Positions 36,240 to 49,789 of a stretch of DNA of 64,000 bases are shown in pieces. This DNA comes from Camelus dromedarius (taxonomy: Eukaryota). The notes below the pieces were generated by a model. It was not told the DNA's origin, did no database searches, and saw only the letters and a list, made by a program, of their open reading frames with translations. The stretch lies in contig NC_087437.1 of NCBI RefSeq assembly GCF_036321535.1, forward strand, positions 28,646,001 to 28,710,000. Direction: 5' to 3'. Positions within the stretch are counted from its first letter, which is position 1. The number at the start of each line of letters is the position of its first letter. The position numbers were made by a program, and so were the translations under genes.

Positions 36240-37300
36240 TTTCTTGCCATTTTAATAACAAGGACCAGGCTCAACCTCCTGCACAGAAAACTGGATGAAA
36301 TACATAAAATAACTATTTTTAGATTTTAGGCAACAGATAACCTGGAACTGTGATCCTTAAGAGAAAGGAAAAAATTTACAGAAGCCTTACAATCTCCCTA
36401 GCTTCCTGCCTCGAGGCAATATTTATACACTAGTCGTTGGAGTGGGAAACTCAAAGACAGTTCAATGGTCTTAGGGAGTTGTGGAGCCAGAAATGGAAGT
36501 TCAAAGAGGCCGAGGTGGCTGAAAGTTGCAGGAAAGAGTTACAGAAAGGACAGAGATATCAAAAAAACAACAAAACAGCTCCAGAAATCTTGATTGAAAT
36601 CACTTTGTTGAGTATACTGCGTGCATGTGAGAGTAAAACTCTACGATGTCAAAGAGCAATCTGGGAGTCATAAGCATAGTAATTCCTGGGCTCACAGAAG
36701 TCAGAATGTCCTCTGAGCACCAACCAATCATAGTAAAGAGTCCCCAGTCATCACCTAGGTGCATTCAGTGGAGACCCCACAGGGTCATGCCTTCGAAGCA
36801 GAGCTAAATTAACTCTGGAGGGAAAGCTGCTCAAAACCTCCTCTAACAAGTCTTAAAAGCAAGACTCGAAGTGATTAAACTGATCTGCAACTTAACTGTC
36901 TGCCGAAATATTCTTTAAGAAAGACAAGATAATCCAAACATTCGACAATGCAGCAGCAACAATGTCCAACATTCAATCAAAACATCATTGGACATGATAA
37001 GCAGGAAAATGTGACCCATAACTAGAAAAAAAGTATTTATTTATTTAAACCATTTTTAATTAACATATAAACCGTATTTAATGTTGTGTCAATTTCTGGT
37101 GTACAGCATGTTTCAGTCATCCATATACATACATATATTCCTTTTCATATTCTATTTCATTATAGGATACTGTACGATACTGAATATAGTTCCCTGTGCT
37201 ATACAGAAGAAACTTGCTGTTTATCTAGTTTATATATAGTAGTTAGTAGAGAATATAAACATAATGAGGAGAGAAGTTGAAAATATAAAAATAGGACCCA
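36240..37300 (+). mobile_element. Old L1 5' region to start of ORF1 (L1M4-like), interrupted by a young L1 3' end
   Basis: 'acaatgtccaacattcaatcaaaacatcattggacatg..aagcaggaaaatgtgacccataac', then after the insertion 'aaacataatgaggagagaagttgaaaatataaaa'. Confidence 0.65.
37034..37247 (-). mobile_element. Short young L1 3' end
   Basis: 'gtgtcaatttctggtgtacagcat...tgaatatagttccctgtgctatacagaagaaacttg'. Confidence 0.88.
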
Positions 37301-37309
37301 GGCAACTTC

Positions 37310-37485
37310 ACACACATATTTTACTTTGATCCTTACACCAATCAATGGAGTCATAGCACAGTTTTACTTAACCCCATTTCACAGATGAGAAAACGAAGTC
37401 ACAGATATAGTAAATGAGTTGCCCAAAGGACAAAGGCTCAATAATTTTTAAAGTCAAACTAGAACCTAAGTCTCCTGAATCCTCA
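37310..37485 (-). mobile_element. MIR
   Basis: 'ccccatttcacagatgagaaaacgaagtcacaga...aaatgagttgcccaaagg...ctagaacctaagtctcctga'. Confidence 0.75.
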
Positions 37486-38399
37486 ATGTTCTATAGTATT
37501 GACAGCACACATCTCTCAGTTAAAGGAGGCTGCTGCGGATGTTAGCGGACCATGATACATTTTCTTAGATCAGTCACAGGGCAAAAATATCAAGGAACAC
37601 CGTGCACATGTAAGTGCATGTCTTAGTGTGTGTGTGTGAGTGGTGTGTGTGTACCTCAGTGTACATGCATTGTGGCTGTACTGTGTAGATTATGTAATTT
37701 GACACAATATTTACTCTTATTATCATAAAGCACTTTATAGAATGCTGTGTTCAAACTTCCGCATTGTTACTATTATGGAGATAACTTCTGATAGAACTGG
37801 GGCCGACTCTTCCCCCGTTCTAAAGGCGGGATCCAAAACATCGCTCTGAAAACAGAACTGGAGGAAAAAGAAGCAGGACATTAGTTTTACAACTAAGAGC
37901 CACTTTTTGTGTGTGTCAAGATCATTATAACTCAGGAAAGCGTTTAAAAATTGAACCTACATATTTTTTGTTACTAAACAAATTTCTGAAAAATCAACAA
38001 TGTGTCTTCAGAATTTCTGTATAACCCTTCTTGGAGTAAGAGGGCTGACTAGAAAGTGTGGTAAGGGCCATTGTAATTCTGATGCTTTGAAGTAGACAAC
38101 TATTCTTAGTCAGTGCTTGTTAACGCCTTTGAGTGTTAGATCCTATGAAACCTGGGCTGCGAACTTTCTTTTTATGCTGTACTGTAAAATACTTGTGATT
38201 TTACTATCAGTTTTATGTTACATTTGGAGGACTATCAAAATGCTCTCTTTTTATGCTGTACTCTATACAATTTAAGAGCTTACTATTCATTGTTGAGGTA
38301 CATTACATTTAGAGATAGGTGTGCTAGAGTCAATATAACACCTGACTAGTTTAAACACTGTGATGAGTGTAAACCTGTGCTTCCTTATTAGTGTCCTGA

Positions 38400-38520
38400 A
38401 ATATATATATATATGTATATAATTATTTATAATTTATATAATGTTGTATAAATAAGATTACACATATATGCACACACACACATATATACACTTATGCACA
38501 CATACACATATGTACATAAT
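38400..38520 (+). repeat. (TA)n/(CA)n low-complexity tract
   Basis: Directly visible. Confidence 0.8.
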
Positions 38521-38734
38521 ATGTTTGAGGAACACTGCATGCAGTATTCTTTCTTGAAAATTCACAATGCCTATCACCATATTAAATTTTTTGCAAAGTT
38601 GTACCGTAAGCTTTCATGCATTGGTGAACTTCTCAGACCTTGAAATCTGATTTTGAAAAATAACTATTAATATCTTGCAGAGCTTCTGTCCCCTAGAATC
38701 TAGTTTGAAAAGCACTATGGAAGATGTTTGCTTC

Positions 38735-38915
38735 AAAGCTTTGGTGTCAAAATAAGACTGCCTGGGTACAAACCCAAATTTATAGCTTATTATCACTTAA
38801 TCATAAAAAGAATATCAAGAGTATCTATCACATAGATTTGTGTTAGAGTTTAAATTATAAACTTCACTCCAACCAGTATCTAGCACAGAATTAACACTCA
38901 ATAAATATTAGCTAT
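38735..38915 (+). mobile_element. MIR
   Basis: 'gctttggtgtcaaataagactgcctgggtacaaaccc...tctagcacagaattaacactcaataaatattagcta'. Confidence 0.65.
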
Positions 38916-39293
38916 ATTGGCTAAGTTTTGATAAAATGATAAAATTGTGGAGAAGAACATTCTTGTCAAAATAGTGGGTGCAAACAAATTTTGAAACAAC
39001 TCAGAGTCAAAGCACACATCATACTCAACATTCAAAAGAAAGTATATGGGCTACTTTCAGTCACTTGACTCCCCTTACATCCAAAGTCAAGTCACAACAT
39101 GTCCCAGTGTGGTGGCTCTCCCAGTTTCAAGAGGATCTCTTCTAGTCTTTTGAGACAAGTAGAGATTTCTTTGTTAAATGGAATAAAAAAACAAAAAACC
39201 TATCACTTTAACTGAAAAATATTAACTGACTCCCAAAGCAGTAACCAAATAAAATGTCTGCTTCATTTAATCTTAGGTGTTTTCAAAATATCC

Positions 39294-39519
39294 TTTTTTT
39301 TTAAATTGAAGTACAGTCAGTTTACAATGTGTCAATTTCTGGTGTACAGCACACTATTTCAGTCACACATATACACACATATATTCATTTTTATATTCTT
39401 TTTCATTATAAGTTACTATAAGGTATTGAATATAGTTCCCTGTGCCATACAGAAGAAACTTGTTGTTTATCTATTTTATATATAGTAGTTACTATCTGCA
39501 AATCTTGAACTCTCAGTTT
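39294..39519 (-). mobile_element. Short young L1 3' end
   Basis: Poly-T followed by 'aattgaagtacagtcagtttacaatgtgtcaatttctggtgtacagc...aatatagttccctgtgccatacagaagaaacttgttgtttatctattttatatatagtagtta'. Confidence 0.9.
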
Positions 39520-42214
39520 TACATCTTAAAACACTGTATCATGTTTCTCTCAAAATAAATCCTACGATAAAATGTGAATTGTGAACCCAATGGGAGAGAA
39601 TGCCTTTTCACTCACCTCTTTTAACTTTCCTTGATGTCGATAATATCCAAGAAATAATCACTTGGATATCTGAAGCTACGACTTCGGAAATGGCACTGAT
39701 TGACACAGAAGGGAATTTTAAGACATTCTTCTTTTAAAAACAGGAAAACAAAAATTTCACAGACGTTTGCTGCATTCTTACTAAGTACAGCCCTCAAATA
39801 CAGGCAATAGAGTTCCATTTGCCAGAAAGCTTTCCGATTGAACTTTTTCCCTAAGAATCAGATTGTCTTAAAGACAGACAACTCTACATTTGCAGTCAAA
39901 CTCCCCAACTTTCAAACTGTGTGACTATGAGGAAGTTACTTAGCCACTCACTGACCTGTCTTACCAATAAAAGGCAATTGTGCTGCCTACTGTCTGATGC
40001 TGTAGGGGTAGGAAATCAACCACACATATAAAGCTCCTTGCAGGGAGCCTAGCAAAGTGCAAGTAACATTCCTTTCCACCCATCTGCTGGCAACATGGAA
40101 TGAAATATTTGTAGACTGAAACACACTATAAAGTATACTCTTTAAAAATCATTTTATGACATCTTCTTCATCCTTTGTTATCATATAAATCAGACGGAAA
40201 GGAATATCCCCATATCTTTGTTCTCCACCCCCCCAAATAAGCACAACCCCCTTCTCTCTGCCTGGCTCCTATGCTCTTTCCTTTGGAAAATTTTCTCCAT
40301 TTGGGATGGGTTGATCCTTTCATTCTCTGGATCCTATGGGACTTATTTCTACTAATTATTGGATTTATCCTGTACTTGATCTATCACTGATCTTTATATG
40401 TCCCTGCAATCCTGGCTGGTGAAAGAGTATTTACATAGATTATGAAAAGAAAAAAAAGAGATCATTTTTCAGCCAGTTTTCTGTGCCTCAGAACTCAAAC
40501 GGCCATTGAAAGCATCTTAAATGTAGCTAGGGTACAAATTTTATGCAAACTGTGATACAAAATAGCATAAGCGTCTTCTTTATGTGATCTGGGATCACTG
40601 CGTGTTTTTGTGAATACCTACTGAGGATGGTTTATAGACCAATGGGGAAGGGTGATATCATGGAATCAGGCTACATCCTCTTTCTGTACCCTTGTGTGAA
40701 AAGGGATGGTCTATCCATAATGTGATGGCTTTGAAATCACCATAATCCCCAGTGAGAAATGCATTTTACCTTTCAGACTAGTGCACACATGCACACACAC
40801 ATAAACATTCGTACATGCACATAACTGAAACAAAAGTTTCAAGACATAATACTTTGCCTTATAAAGTCTGAGAGATTCTATTGCAGTTCTACTATGTTTT
40901 ATTTCATTTGATATTTTGATGCTGGTATGGAACACAAAATTAATTTCACATATTCCCAGAGAATTAGAGAGCTTTATAAAACACATAAAATATCACATCA
41001 CTCTCCCCTCCCGCCACCAATTTTTCTATTCTTGTTTTAAAGAATCTTTCACACGTGGTTGAATTTAGTATTGGTCTCCCTTATAAAATGTCTAGATGTT
41101 GCAATGTTAAAAAGTCAGATTGCAGAGACAAAAATCAGATAACTAAGGAGAGGTTTCTTTAAATGAAAAATGCTCAGCATCAAGGCCAAATGCATGGTGC
41201 TCCTTCCAATTTTATTCATGATTCTCACCATGATGGCCACCAGACATCTCCCACTCACATTACAGCAGTTATAAATTTGTTTTTACAATGAATGGTCACT
41301 AGATAAACATGATGCATGAAAAAGATACACTTCCTGTGCTGTTCTCCACAGAGAGCTGGGGAGGAAAAGTTGGATTCTTTATACAAAGTCTCCTTGTTGT
41401 CAGTACATATGGTCTGCAGTTTCCAGACAGGGTGTCACCCCAGAAGTTGGCAACTAGGTAGAGGAAAATGTCAGCTTTTGCTGTTGAAGTTAGGTGAAGT
41501 TCACTGCTTAGGGTAATTTCAAGGGGGCAAATGTAGCTTTAATGTAAGAAAAAAGTAGATGCAAAGCCGAAGGCAGTAGAGAAAGATAATGACTGAAAAA
41601 GTACCAGTGCCTTAAGCACAACCCCAGACTCAGTATAAGCAACATGATGACTTTTAGCTCTGTTTTTTCAGAGGAGCTGGGAAGACCAGCCTATTCCTTA
41701 GTCTGACGACATTTTCCATTCAAGTAGTCCAATTTTCTTTGTTCTGACTTTAGCCTTCCGATAGAATGATTTCCAATGGCCATGGTTTCGAACAGATATT
41801 CCTTGTGGAGACAAAGTACAGCAAACATTCTAAGTCCTTGGTAGTTTTTTTTTTTTTATCAGCGTCTGTTAATGCATTAGAATCTTGGCTTATAAATTGA
41901 AGGCCATACATGTTTAAAGAGGGTAAGAGACTTTAAAAGCTTTCAGCTCCTTTCTTTTCTAGATCTGGAAATTGAGAACCAGAGAGTGACGTGACTTTCC
42001 AAAGCTGTGGATTACAAGTTTATCTATGTTAAGATAGTTTCCCCACACTGGATTACTCAAGAGTAAATGGAAATAATTAACAGTCTTCCCGCATTTTATT
42101 ACTTCAGTTTCACTAGGGGGGAAGTGCCATTTCTGAACATCCAAATATGAGACTTATTTCCATTAAAACACCATCAGAGGATAGCCAGTAGTGACAATCT
42201 GAGTGACCAGAATT

Positions 42215-42415
42215 TTGTTCTGAGAGCAGAGAAATCTGAGTTCAAACCCAGTTGTGTGACATCAGGAAAAGTATATGATTTATCTAAAAGTCAGTTTTCT
42301 TATCTTTAAAATGAGACTATTAATGCTACATTAATTATACCTAACCTACATGGTTAGTGTAGTACTATAATAAATACACAATAGTCACCCAATAAATGTT
42401 AGTTATTATTAAAGT
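42215..42415 (+). mobile_element. MIR
   Basis: 'ctgagttcaaacccag...agtcagttttcttatctttaaaatgagactattaat...caataaatgttagttattatt'. Confidence 0.7.
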
Positions 42416-42525
42416 ATTATTTCATTCTCTCATGTCTGAACTCCTTATAAATGTGGGTCAGAGACTAGCCTTCTATTCTTACCCTGTAGTCCAAATTTTG
42501 AACATGCGTAAGACTAATGTGTCTA

Positions 42526-42701
42526 CTGTAGCAATTCAAAATGTGGCCTCTAATCACCTGGGAGAGCTTGTTAGAAATGCAAATTCACAGGCTTAACTCC
42601 CAAACACCTGAGTCAGACACTCTGGAGATGAAGTCCAGAAATCTGTGCTTTTAAAAGCCCTCCAAGGGATTCTGACGCATACTAAAGTTTGAGAGGCACT
42701 G
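42526..42701. mobile_element. MER5A hAT-Charlie MITE
   Basis: 'atcacctgggagagcttgttagaaatgcaaattc...aatctgtgcttttaaaagccctccaagggattctgacgcatactaaagtttgagaggcactg'. Confidence 0.88.
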
Positions 42702-45309
42702 ACTTAACTAGATTCAGATAGGGTGCAGATAAAGACAGGTAAAAGGTGGCAGGATCAAATGAAGGAATCCCATTTGAAGGCAACGTCTCATCCGAGAAAA
42801 CTGGGCAAGCATCAAAAACCAGTTGTGAGGCAAGACCTCAGTTACAAGGTCGGGGAGGAAGTGGCACAGTAAAGAGAAATAAATGCTTTATGTCAGGAGA
42901 TGTTCCATGTCTAGGGCACCTCAGCACAGAATGAAGGTCAGTGGGGAAGGAAATGTTACAGGCTGTGAACCCATCAACTGCATTAACTATCGTGACATAC
43001 CTTAAATCTACCCATTCTATCAAAATCTAACTTACCTTAAACAGATTCTACACGGAACAGCTATTTTGGGTAAATTATAGATCTTGTCACTGAAGGTTTT
43101 AGAGATGGGATTTTGTGATATAAAAATCTAAGGCTCAGTAACTTCCTTTTATATTCTGATGAATTCAAAAATTACCCTTAGAAAAAGACTTCAAATCTCT
43201 CAGCTCAGTAACAGGGGCAGAAATACTGTACTGGGTCAGCCCCTGACTTTTGGCCAAAGATACAGCAACTACAACAAACAGCAGTAGCTTAGTACTTGAA
43301 AAATTCTCAAGAGGAGGCCATAAAAATATGTACCCTGACTGTATCCACGGGTAAGAGGACCAATCTCGTTACTCTGTGGTCACCAGACATTTGTTATATT
43401 TCCACTTTACACATATGTGCAGGTGTACATATGCTTTGAATTAAAGGAAACAGCCCGTCTCCATTCTAGGGAGGTTCCTCTGCTTAGGCACATGAAATCC
43501 ACCACCTCTTGCAAATGGAATTTAGTTCCAACTCCTTTATCCAAGGGCTCAAGCACTGGCCATCCAGCTGTCTCTCCCACTGCTTTCCAACATCGTCTCT
43601 GGATCCAGCCACCTGAGACACCATACATTTCCCATGGTTCCTCATCCCACAGTGTTTGATTTTTGTTTTTCTTTTTCACCCAAAGCCTTTTCTATCCCCA
43701 CCACGTGACATCCTTGATTTCCTTCAACTGATTTATTCATCCAATCAATAAATATTCACATTGTGCAGTATTAGAATCAGACACTTACAAGTGACTGAGT
43801 ACTGAAGAAGTCTTGTTTCTGCCCTTGCCTCGGCTCACAGTACAGTGGTGGGAGCCACACAAGGTGACAGAAATATCGTGTGAGAAGCCAATAAGCTCCT
43901 AGAGGACAGGTACTCTGTCCCACATCATAGGCATCATTCAAAACCCCTGGCACACCGTGCTGCCCATACAGCCAGGACGTGACTCCCAGTAATATGGATG
44001 AACTGCTCCCCGAGAACGGTGAAATCCTATCTGCATCTGTCCTTTGTTTGGGAGCAATAGAAGAGAAAGCACAATATCTAAGGAAAGAATATCTTTTCTG
44101 AGACATTTTGCAATGACATGAACTAAATACAAAGGGGACAGAAAAAGAATGAGAAAGCATTTGTGGGCTGACTCGGGAGAACCTCAAACAAGAGGTTCTC
44201 AGGCAGGAACAGGAATTCCCAGAAGGCATGGCAGAGGACAGTTAAGTCAGTCTTTCTGGTTTGGAGTCCCTGGCATCTGACACAACCACTGCTGCCCTTT
44301 GCCCCATTCCCTTGAGAAAAATCTACTCCTGATTTCACCCTTCTTACCCCGTGATGAAAGATCTTTGCCCTCCCAATTGCTTCTACCATTGCTGGAAATA
44401 CTTGGTGTCTCTCAGGACAAATGCACTTTAATGTTTTGTGGCTTTATTGGCCACACTATTGTCTAGATGGTAAGAAAAAAAAATACATGTTTTGCACAGT
44501 AGTTATTGCTAAGTTAGTTGTTCTTACTTTCTATGACCATGAAAATGGTACTGAGATTCCCAGAGCTTAAAAATCATTCATACAAAGCACATCTAATTGA
44601 AAAGGAAAGAAATCCTCTCTTGCATCCTCTTTGTCATGGGATCAGATTTCTTTTCCCTATGAATCTTCAGATAAAAGAATTATTCAAGGGCATGCTGTGA
44701 GGATATGCTTGAGTCTGCTCTATCCGTTGATAGAATATACAAAGCAGTCAAAGAAAATGATGGTGGTATTAAGACTATGGATTGTGCCAATGCAAACTGT
44801 TTAGGTCACATGGAATGTTGTGGACCCAATGGACTTGGAAACTTTTATTTTGGCAGATAGTTGGCAAAGCTGATTTTTATATGTAAGGTGATAGACTAGA
44901 ATTTTGAAATAAGCTGGACAGTGGTTTTCAGCTTTAAGTGAAGATATCACTTTACCCAGGAAGTGCTGCCCTTGGAAAAAAGCAAAGTAGGTGATGATCT
45001 GTGTGACATGGTCAGAGGATGAGGGAACCCACATCTCTGGAACCCTCTTCTGCTAAAAGCACGTGCCTTAAATTCCACTGCTGGAGACTAAATTACCGAT
45101 TTGAATATCTCCACTAAGAGAGCATGGCCGTGTGGCCAGAGTAATTTTAAGCATAATTTGTTGCTGGCCATCTACAGTTTCTGTGGAAGGAAAAATTCAT
45201 CATTGAGCTGTTGTAGGGAGAGAAGAAAACAGACATTAATTACTTGCTTTCTATGTATAAGCCACTCTACATTTATTTCCTTTAATCTTTACAAAAAATA
45301 CGAACTATA

Positions 45310-45497
45310 CAGGGTTTGCAGGTATGGCTTCCACTAGCCCATAGAACGTGTCTGTGCAAATAGCAAAAAACTCCTGGAAATCCGGCAAGATAATGTCATA
45401 AGGCACATGGCTTAGGGAGGGGAGTGCAGACTGGATTTCAGTGTCAATTCACACTTTTGTCCAGTACACCAGCTTTACAACTGTTCACGATGCTCTC
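45310..45497. mobile_element. hAT-Tip100 MITE (MER91-like) nested in a MIR
   Basis: 'tctgtgcaaatagcaaaaaa' and end 'tttacaactgttcacgatgctctc' resemble MER91. MIR-like sequence lies on both sides (about 45235-45310 and 45498-45610). Confidence 0.45.
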
Positions 45498-46939
45498 AAG
45501 GTAGGTATTATCACAACGAGAAAGCAGGGCTTGGGGCTAAGCATCCTTCCCAAAGGCAGACAAAGTAAGCGGGCCAGTCAGGCTCTGAACATTGGCCCAT
45601 TAGATTTCAAACATGGAATTTAGTTTTTCATCTTTAACACTGGAAGAAAATGACATTTATCTCATAGGACGGTCATGGGGGGTAAAAGAAGATGATTTAC
45701 ATAAAGTACTTCACAAAGTACCTAGTACACTATATCATATTGTACTACACTACCTTCCACAGATATTTCTAGTGGCAAGGCTTAACAGCTGTTTCTGGGA
45801 CCTTTCCTCTAGTTCTGGAGACACCCCTGGATTTGATCCTTGGTCAATCCTCCCCACAAGATTAACTCAAGGACTTAATTCAGAGTTTACCCATACCATA
45901 CCCAAGATAAATGAGAATCTATTTGATGACTGTGTTCTGAACCAAGCACCAGCATTACCATATCACTGAGATGGAGTGATGAGTGGCCTGAGGTGATGAG
46001 AGTCAGGCTACTCATTTGCACCTAAATGAGGGAGAAGGGCCATAATTCACTAGGGATGAATGGTGAGGGAACCACGCAGCTGTGGTTTTCCCTGAGTTGA
46101 AGTGGTCCCTTTATACTTGGTCTGCTTCTCATGACCACACATATGCCCCAAACGTAAAATGACTGAGACGTCAGGTGCTATGAATGGGAGTCATGAGACC
46201 CCCCACTGTGCTGTTGCTATGCAGGCTTTGTTGTTTCCTGTCTTGTCTTAAAGTCAAATACACTTTGGGCTGAGTGAAGCCTACTTTGCCTTTCGAGTTT
46301 GAAGGTCATCTGAACCCAGGACTACAGTTTTTAGTATAGCACTGTAGGTGTTGCATTGGACTACCGGGCAGAGTAGAGATCAAGAGGCAGAACAAAACAG
46401 AACATCTCTAAGGAGAGAGATAGAGCCTCAGATAAACTAAGAAATGCTCTGGTTTCAAGAAAACGGATCTGCGCGGGCTGGAGGGAATCCTAACCGGGAA
46501 GTCCCTGGTGCCCTCTGCCTTGCCATAAGTCAAAGACATTTGCAAAGCATCCCCTGCAAGAGGGCCACACTTGTATGTTGGCTGGATGCCAGTTGCCAAC
46601 TTAAGTCTTTGTGTTGTAGAACATTAGAGCAGGAGAGAGCTATAAAGCCATAATTATTATCTGCTTACTCTGTGCCCGAAGTTGTCTTTGGTGCAATCTC
46701 TTGTAATTATCAAAAAACCAAAACCAGAGGAGTGGTGTTTTTCCCATTTTAGGGGAGGGCACTGAAGCTCAATGGCAACTGCTCGAGGGAGGTTAGAGGA
46801 AATGGTGGAGTGAGTACCTAAGTCTAGGTTGTCACCGAAGTCCTTGCTCTTCCTACCCCACCACGCTACTTCCAAAATAGTAATATAAGTTTTTGTTGGT
46901 GATATGTTTATCCAATAATCTAGATGCAATTATAGATGA

Positions 46940-47190
46940 CATTGATTGAGTGCTTACTATGTGCCGGGCATTGTGTTTTTAAAAATACCTCATTTTGTCT
47001 CAAAAATATTTCAAAATGTCTCATTTTATGTTGGTGATGCATCTAGCAGGTAGACCTCACTACCACTTTTCACAGTCGGGGAAACTGACTGACAGAAGTC
47101 AGTTAATCTGCCCCAAGTCACACACGATGAAGCCACGCAGGTACACAGTGATGCAGTCATATGTGAAAGCATCTAGAACTCCTGCTGCAA
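46940..47190 (-). mobile_element. MIR fragment(s)
   Basis: 'attgagtgcttactatgtgccgggcattgtg...ttttcacagtcggggaaactga...aatctgccccaagtcacac'. Confidence 0.7.
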
Positions 47191-47369
47191 TTGGACCGTG
47201 AGTTCCTCTAGGGCAGGAACTGGACCACGATATGTGACAATCTCCTAGGATATTTAAGGTAGTGGGCATCAGTGAAGGACACTGAATGGCCTGCGACAGA
47301 ATATGGCTTTCTATAGCTTTCCCAGGGAGATAAAGCCTGAAAAATGGACTGACCCACTAGTTGAAATAG

Positions 47370-49615
47370 AAAAAGACTGGAAACAACCCAAATGCCCATC
47401 AGCAGAGGAGGGATTGAATAAACCAGGTATGTTCAAATAGTGAAGTCCTGGCCACGTGTAAAGAAATTAACAATATCTCTCTATATTTCTACGGAGTTAT
47501 TGCCAAAATACATTGTTAGTTGAACATTTTTAAAAATAGCAAGCAAGCTGTACAAGAGTATGGATAGCATGCTACATTTTGTGCAACAAAGGAGGGAGAT
47601 CATATATATGCATATACGATTAAATTATTTATTAATATATGATTAAAGTAAAACCTAATCAATATGTTACCTATGAAGGAAGGGGAAACAGAGGATGGGG
47701 CAGGGAGGGAAACTACACTTCTCTGAAACTGAATGTGCCTTGTTTTGTGGTTTTGATTTTGAAATCATACTTATATTTCACACAATTTAAAAAGCAAAAT
47801 CAAAACCTATTCTAAAAAATAATGACTACAAAAACCAGAAACAAGTAAACCAAACCGTATATCAAGTTGGTGGCAATGACATGGGGAAGATTCATTTCAA
47901 GTGGTTTTAAAGCATAGTATTTTGACTGTACATTCTGATGATAAAAAAGAAAACCACAAAGAAATTATTAAATGCATTCAGTAGGTTTGCTGTTACTAGA
48001 AATACTGTTACTGTTATTTTGAAAATGTTATATATGTTGAAATAAAAAATAATGAATTATATTACTATCTTCATGAGCCAGGACATTTTCAGAGGAAGAG
48101 AAGAGAGATATAAATAGAAAACCAACGAATTTAAGTAAAAATACCAGAATCTTTTATTTGAATTGGTGAAAATATCAGCATGAACCTAGATGTTTATTTT
48201 TCTAAAAAATACATACTTTCTTACTTGTTCACTAAAAACAAACAAACAAAAAAACTTGAAGCATTGAACACCTGGAAATAATGAACACTCCTGGTGACCA
48301 GACTGTGATTTAAAAATATATATTTCCCATTAAAAGAAACTAAGACTCCTTGGAAAACTGCTGATTCCAGGTCTGGAACAGGAAATGTACAAGATGAATT
48401 TTGAGCATAAATTGTGCCTGAAAGAAAACTAGGTGGTTTCAAAAGGACACAGGAGCACACGAAGGAGCTCCCACTGGCCGGCATCTGAAGACCTCAAATA
48501 CCAAAAAAACCCAAATAATAATAATAATAATAATTGCTAAGAATTGAACATGTTAAGTAAAATATTTAAAAGTCAGTGAATTTATGATGACATTAAAAAA
48601 TAAAAAACCAATGGTCAGTTTTGGAGTTTGCTGGAATAATGACTCATTACTCTGAAAATTGATAAGTAAAGAAAGACTTAAGCATTTATCCTGCTTTTCC
48701 TGCAAGGACTAAATTTTAAGGCAACCAAATAGTTGGAGAAATGTTCCTTAATAGAAGAAGAAGAAACTATAGGCTTTGAAAAGAATTCATTTTGAAATTG
48801 CTAGTGAAGTAACAGATTTAGGCAATAATCATTAATATCTGCTATGAACTTTCGGTGAGAAACTGGTGTGTATTGGGGGTGGGGTCAAAGTAGATGGATG
48901 AAACTGACAGTACCTGAACCCAGCGCTCAGTCCGAGCAGTCCTCAAAGTGGGACATCCAGACACGAGGCTTTTCCATAACTGCAAGTAGACAGCACTAAG
49001 AAAAATGAGATTCTGGATCATTAACTACGAACTCACAGGGAAATGGGAGGTAAACAAACATGTTGAAGACACCATGAAGGTAGAGTCAGCCAAGTCCAGA
49101 ATGTGAGAAACTGTAAGACAAATGACCCAGTTTCTTTAACAAATAAATGGCATAGAAAGGAGCGAGAAGTGTTACAGATCAAAAGAAAAATTGACACAGA
49201 TAAATGAAAAGCAATATTTGGTTCTCATTTGTTCTCTTGATTCAATCAAACCAATTATAAAAGTGAATTTTTTTAGGCAATTGGAGAAAAGTGGACAGTC
49301 CGTATATTGGATATTAAGGCATTATTTATGAATCTTGTCAGATAGGATAATAGTTCTGTAGTTACGCTAACAAACAAACGTCGCCTGTAAGAGATACAGA
49401 CAGAAGCGACTACAGGTGAAATGATGTGCTTCTGGGACTTAAGTCTCTGAAGAAATAAAAATTTGGGTAGGCACAGGGAAAGGTCAAACAAAAAGAGCAG
49501 AAAGTGAATGGTTGTGAGCGTAGTGAGGAGGCATATGAATTCACTGAATCTCAGCTGCTAGGCAGTGTATGAAACTCTCTGAAACAGGCCGGTGCCTTTG
49601 AGCCATTAAAAAATG
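47370..49615 (+). mobile_element. L1MC-type long 3'UTR remnant
   Basis: Starts 'actggaaacaacccaaatgcccatc'. Contains 'atggtcagttttggagtttgctgg...ctgaaaattgataa' and 'agtcagccaagtccagaatgtgagaaactg..agacaaatgacccagtttctttaacaaataaatggc', typical of L1MC3-5 3' ends. Confidence 0.75.
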
Positions 49616-49789
49616 AATGTACTTTTCTACAACGTTACTGTAAATAGAAGAAATAAAAATAAGCTCTCACAGGAGTTGTGCTTTGGCTGTGTTGTATATG
49701 TGTGGCTGTAAGAACGTCCGCATGTCTTTGCGCCTCGACAATCATCACCAGTAAGGTTGCATAATATTCTTTTCAATTCTACTGTTCCA

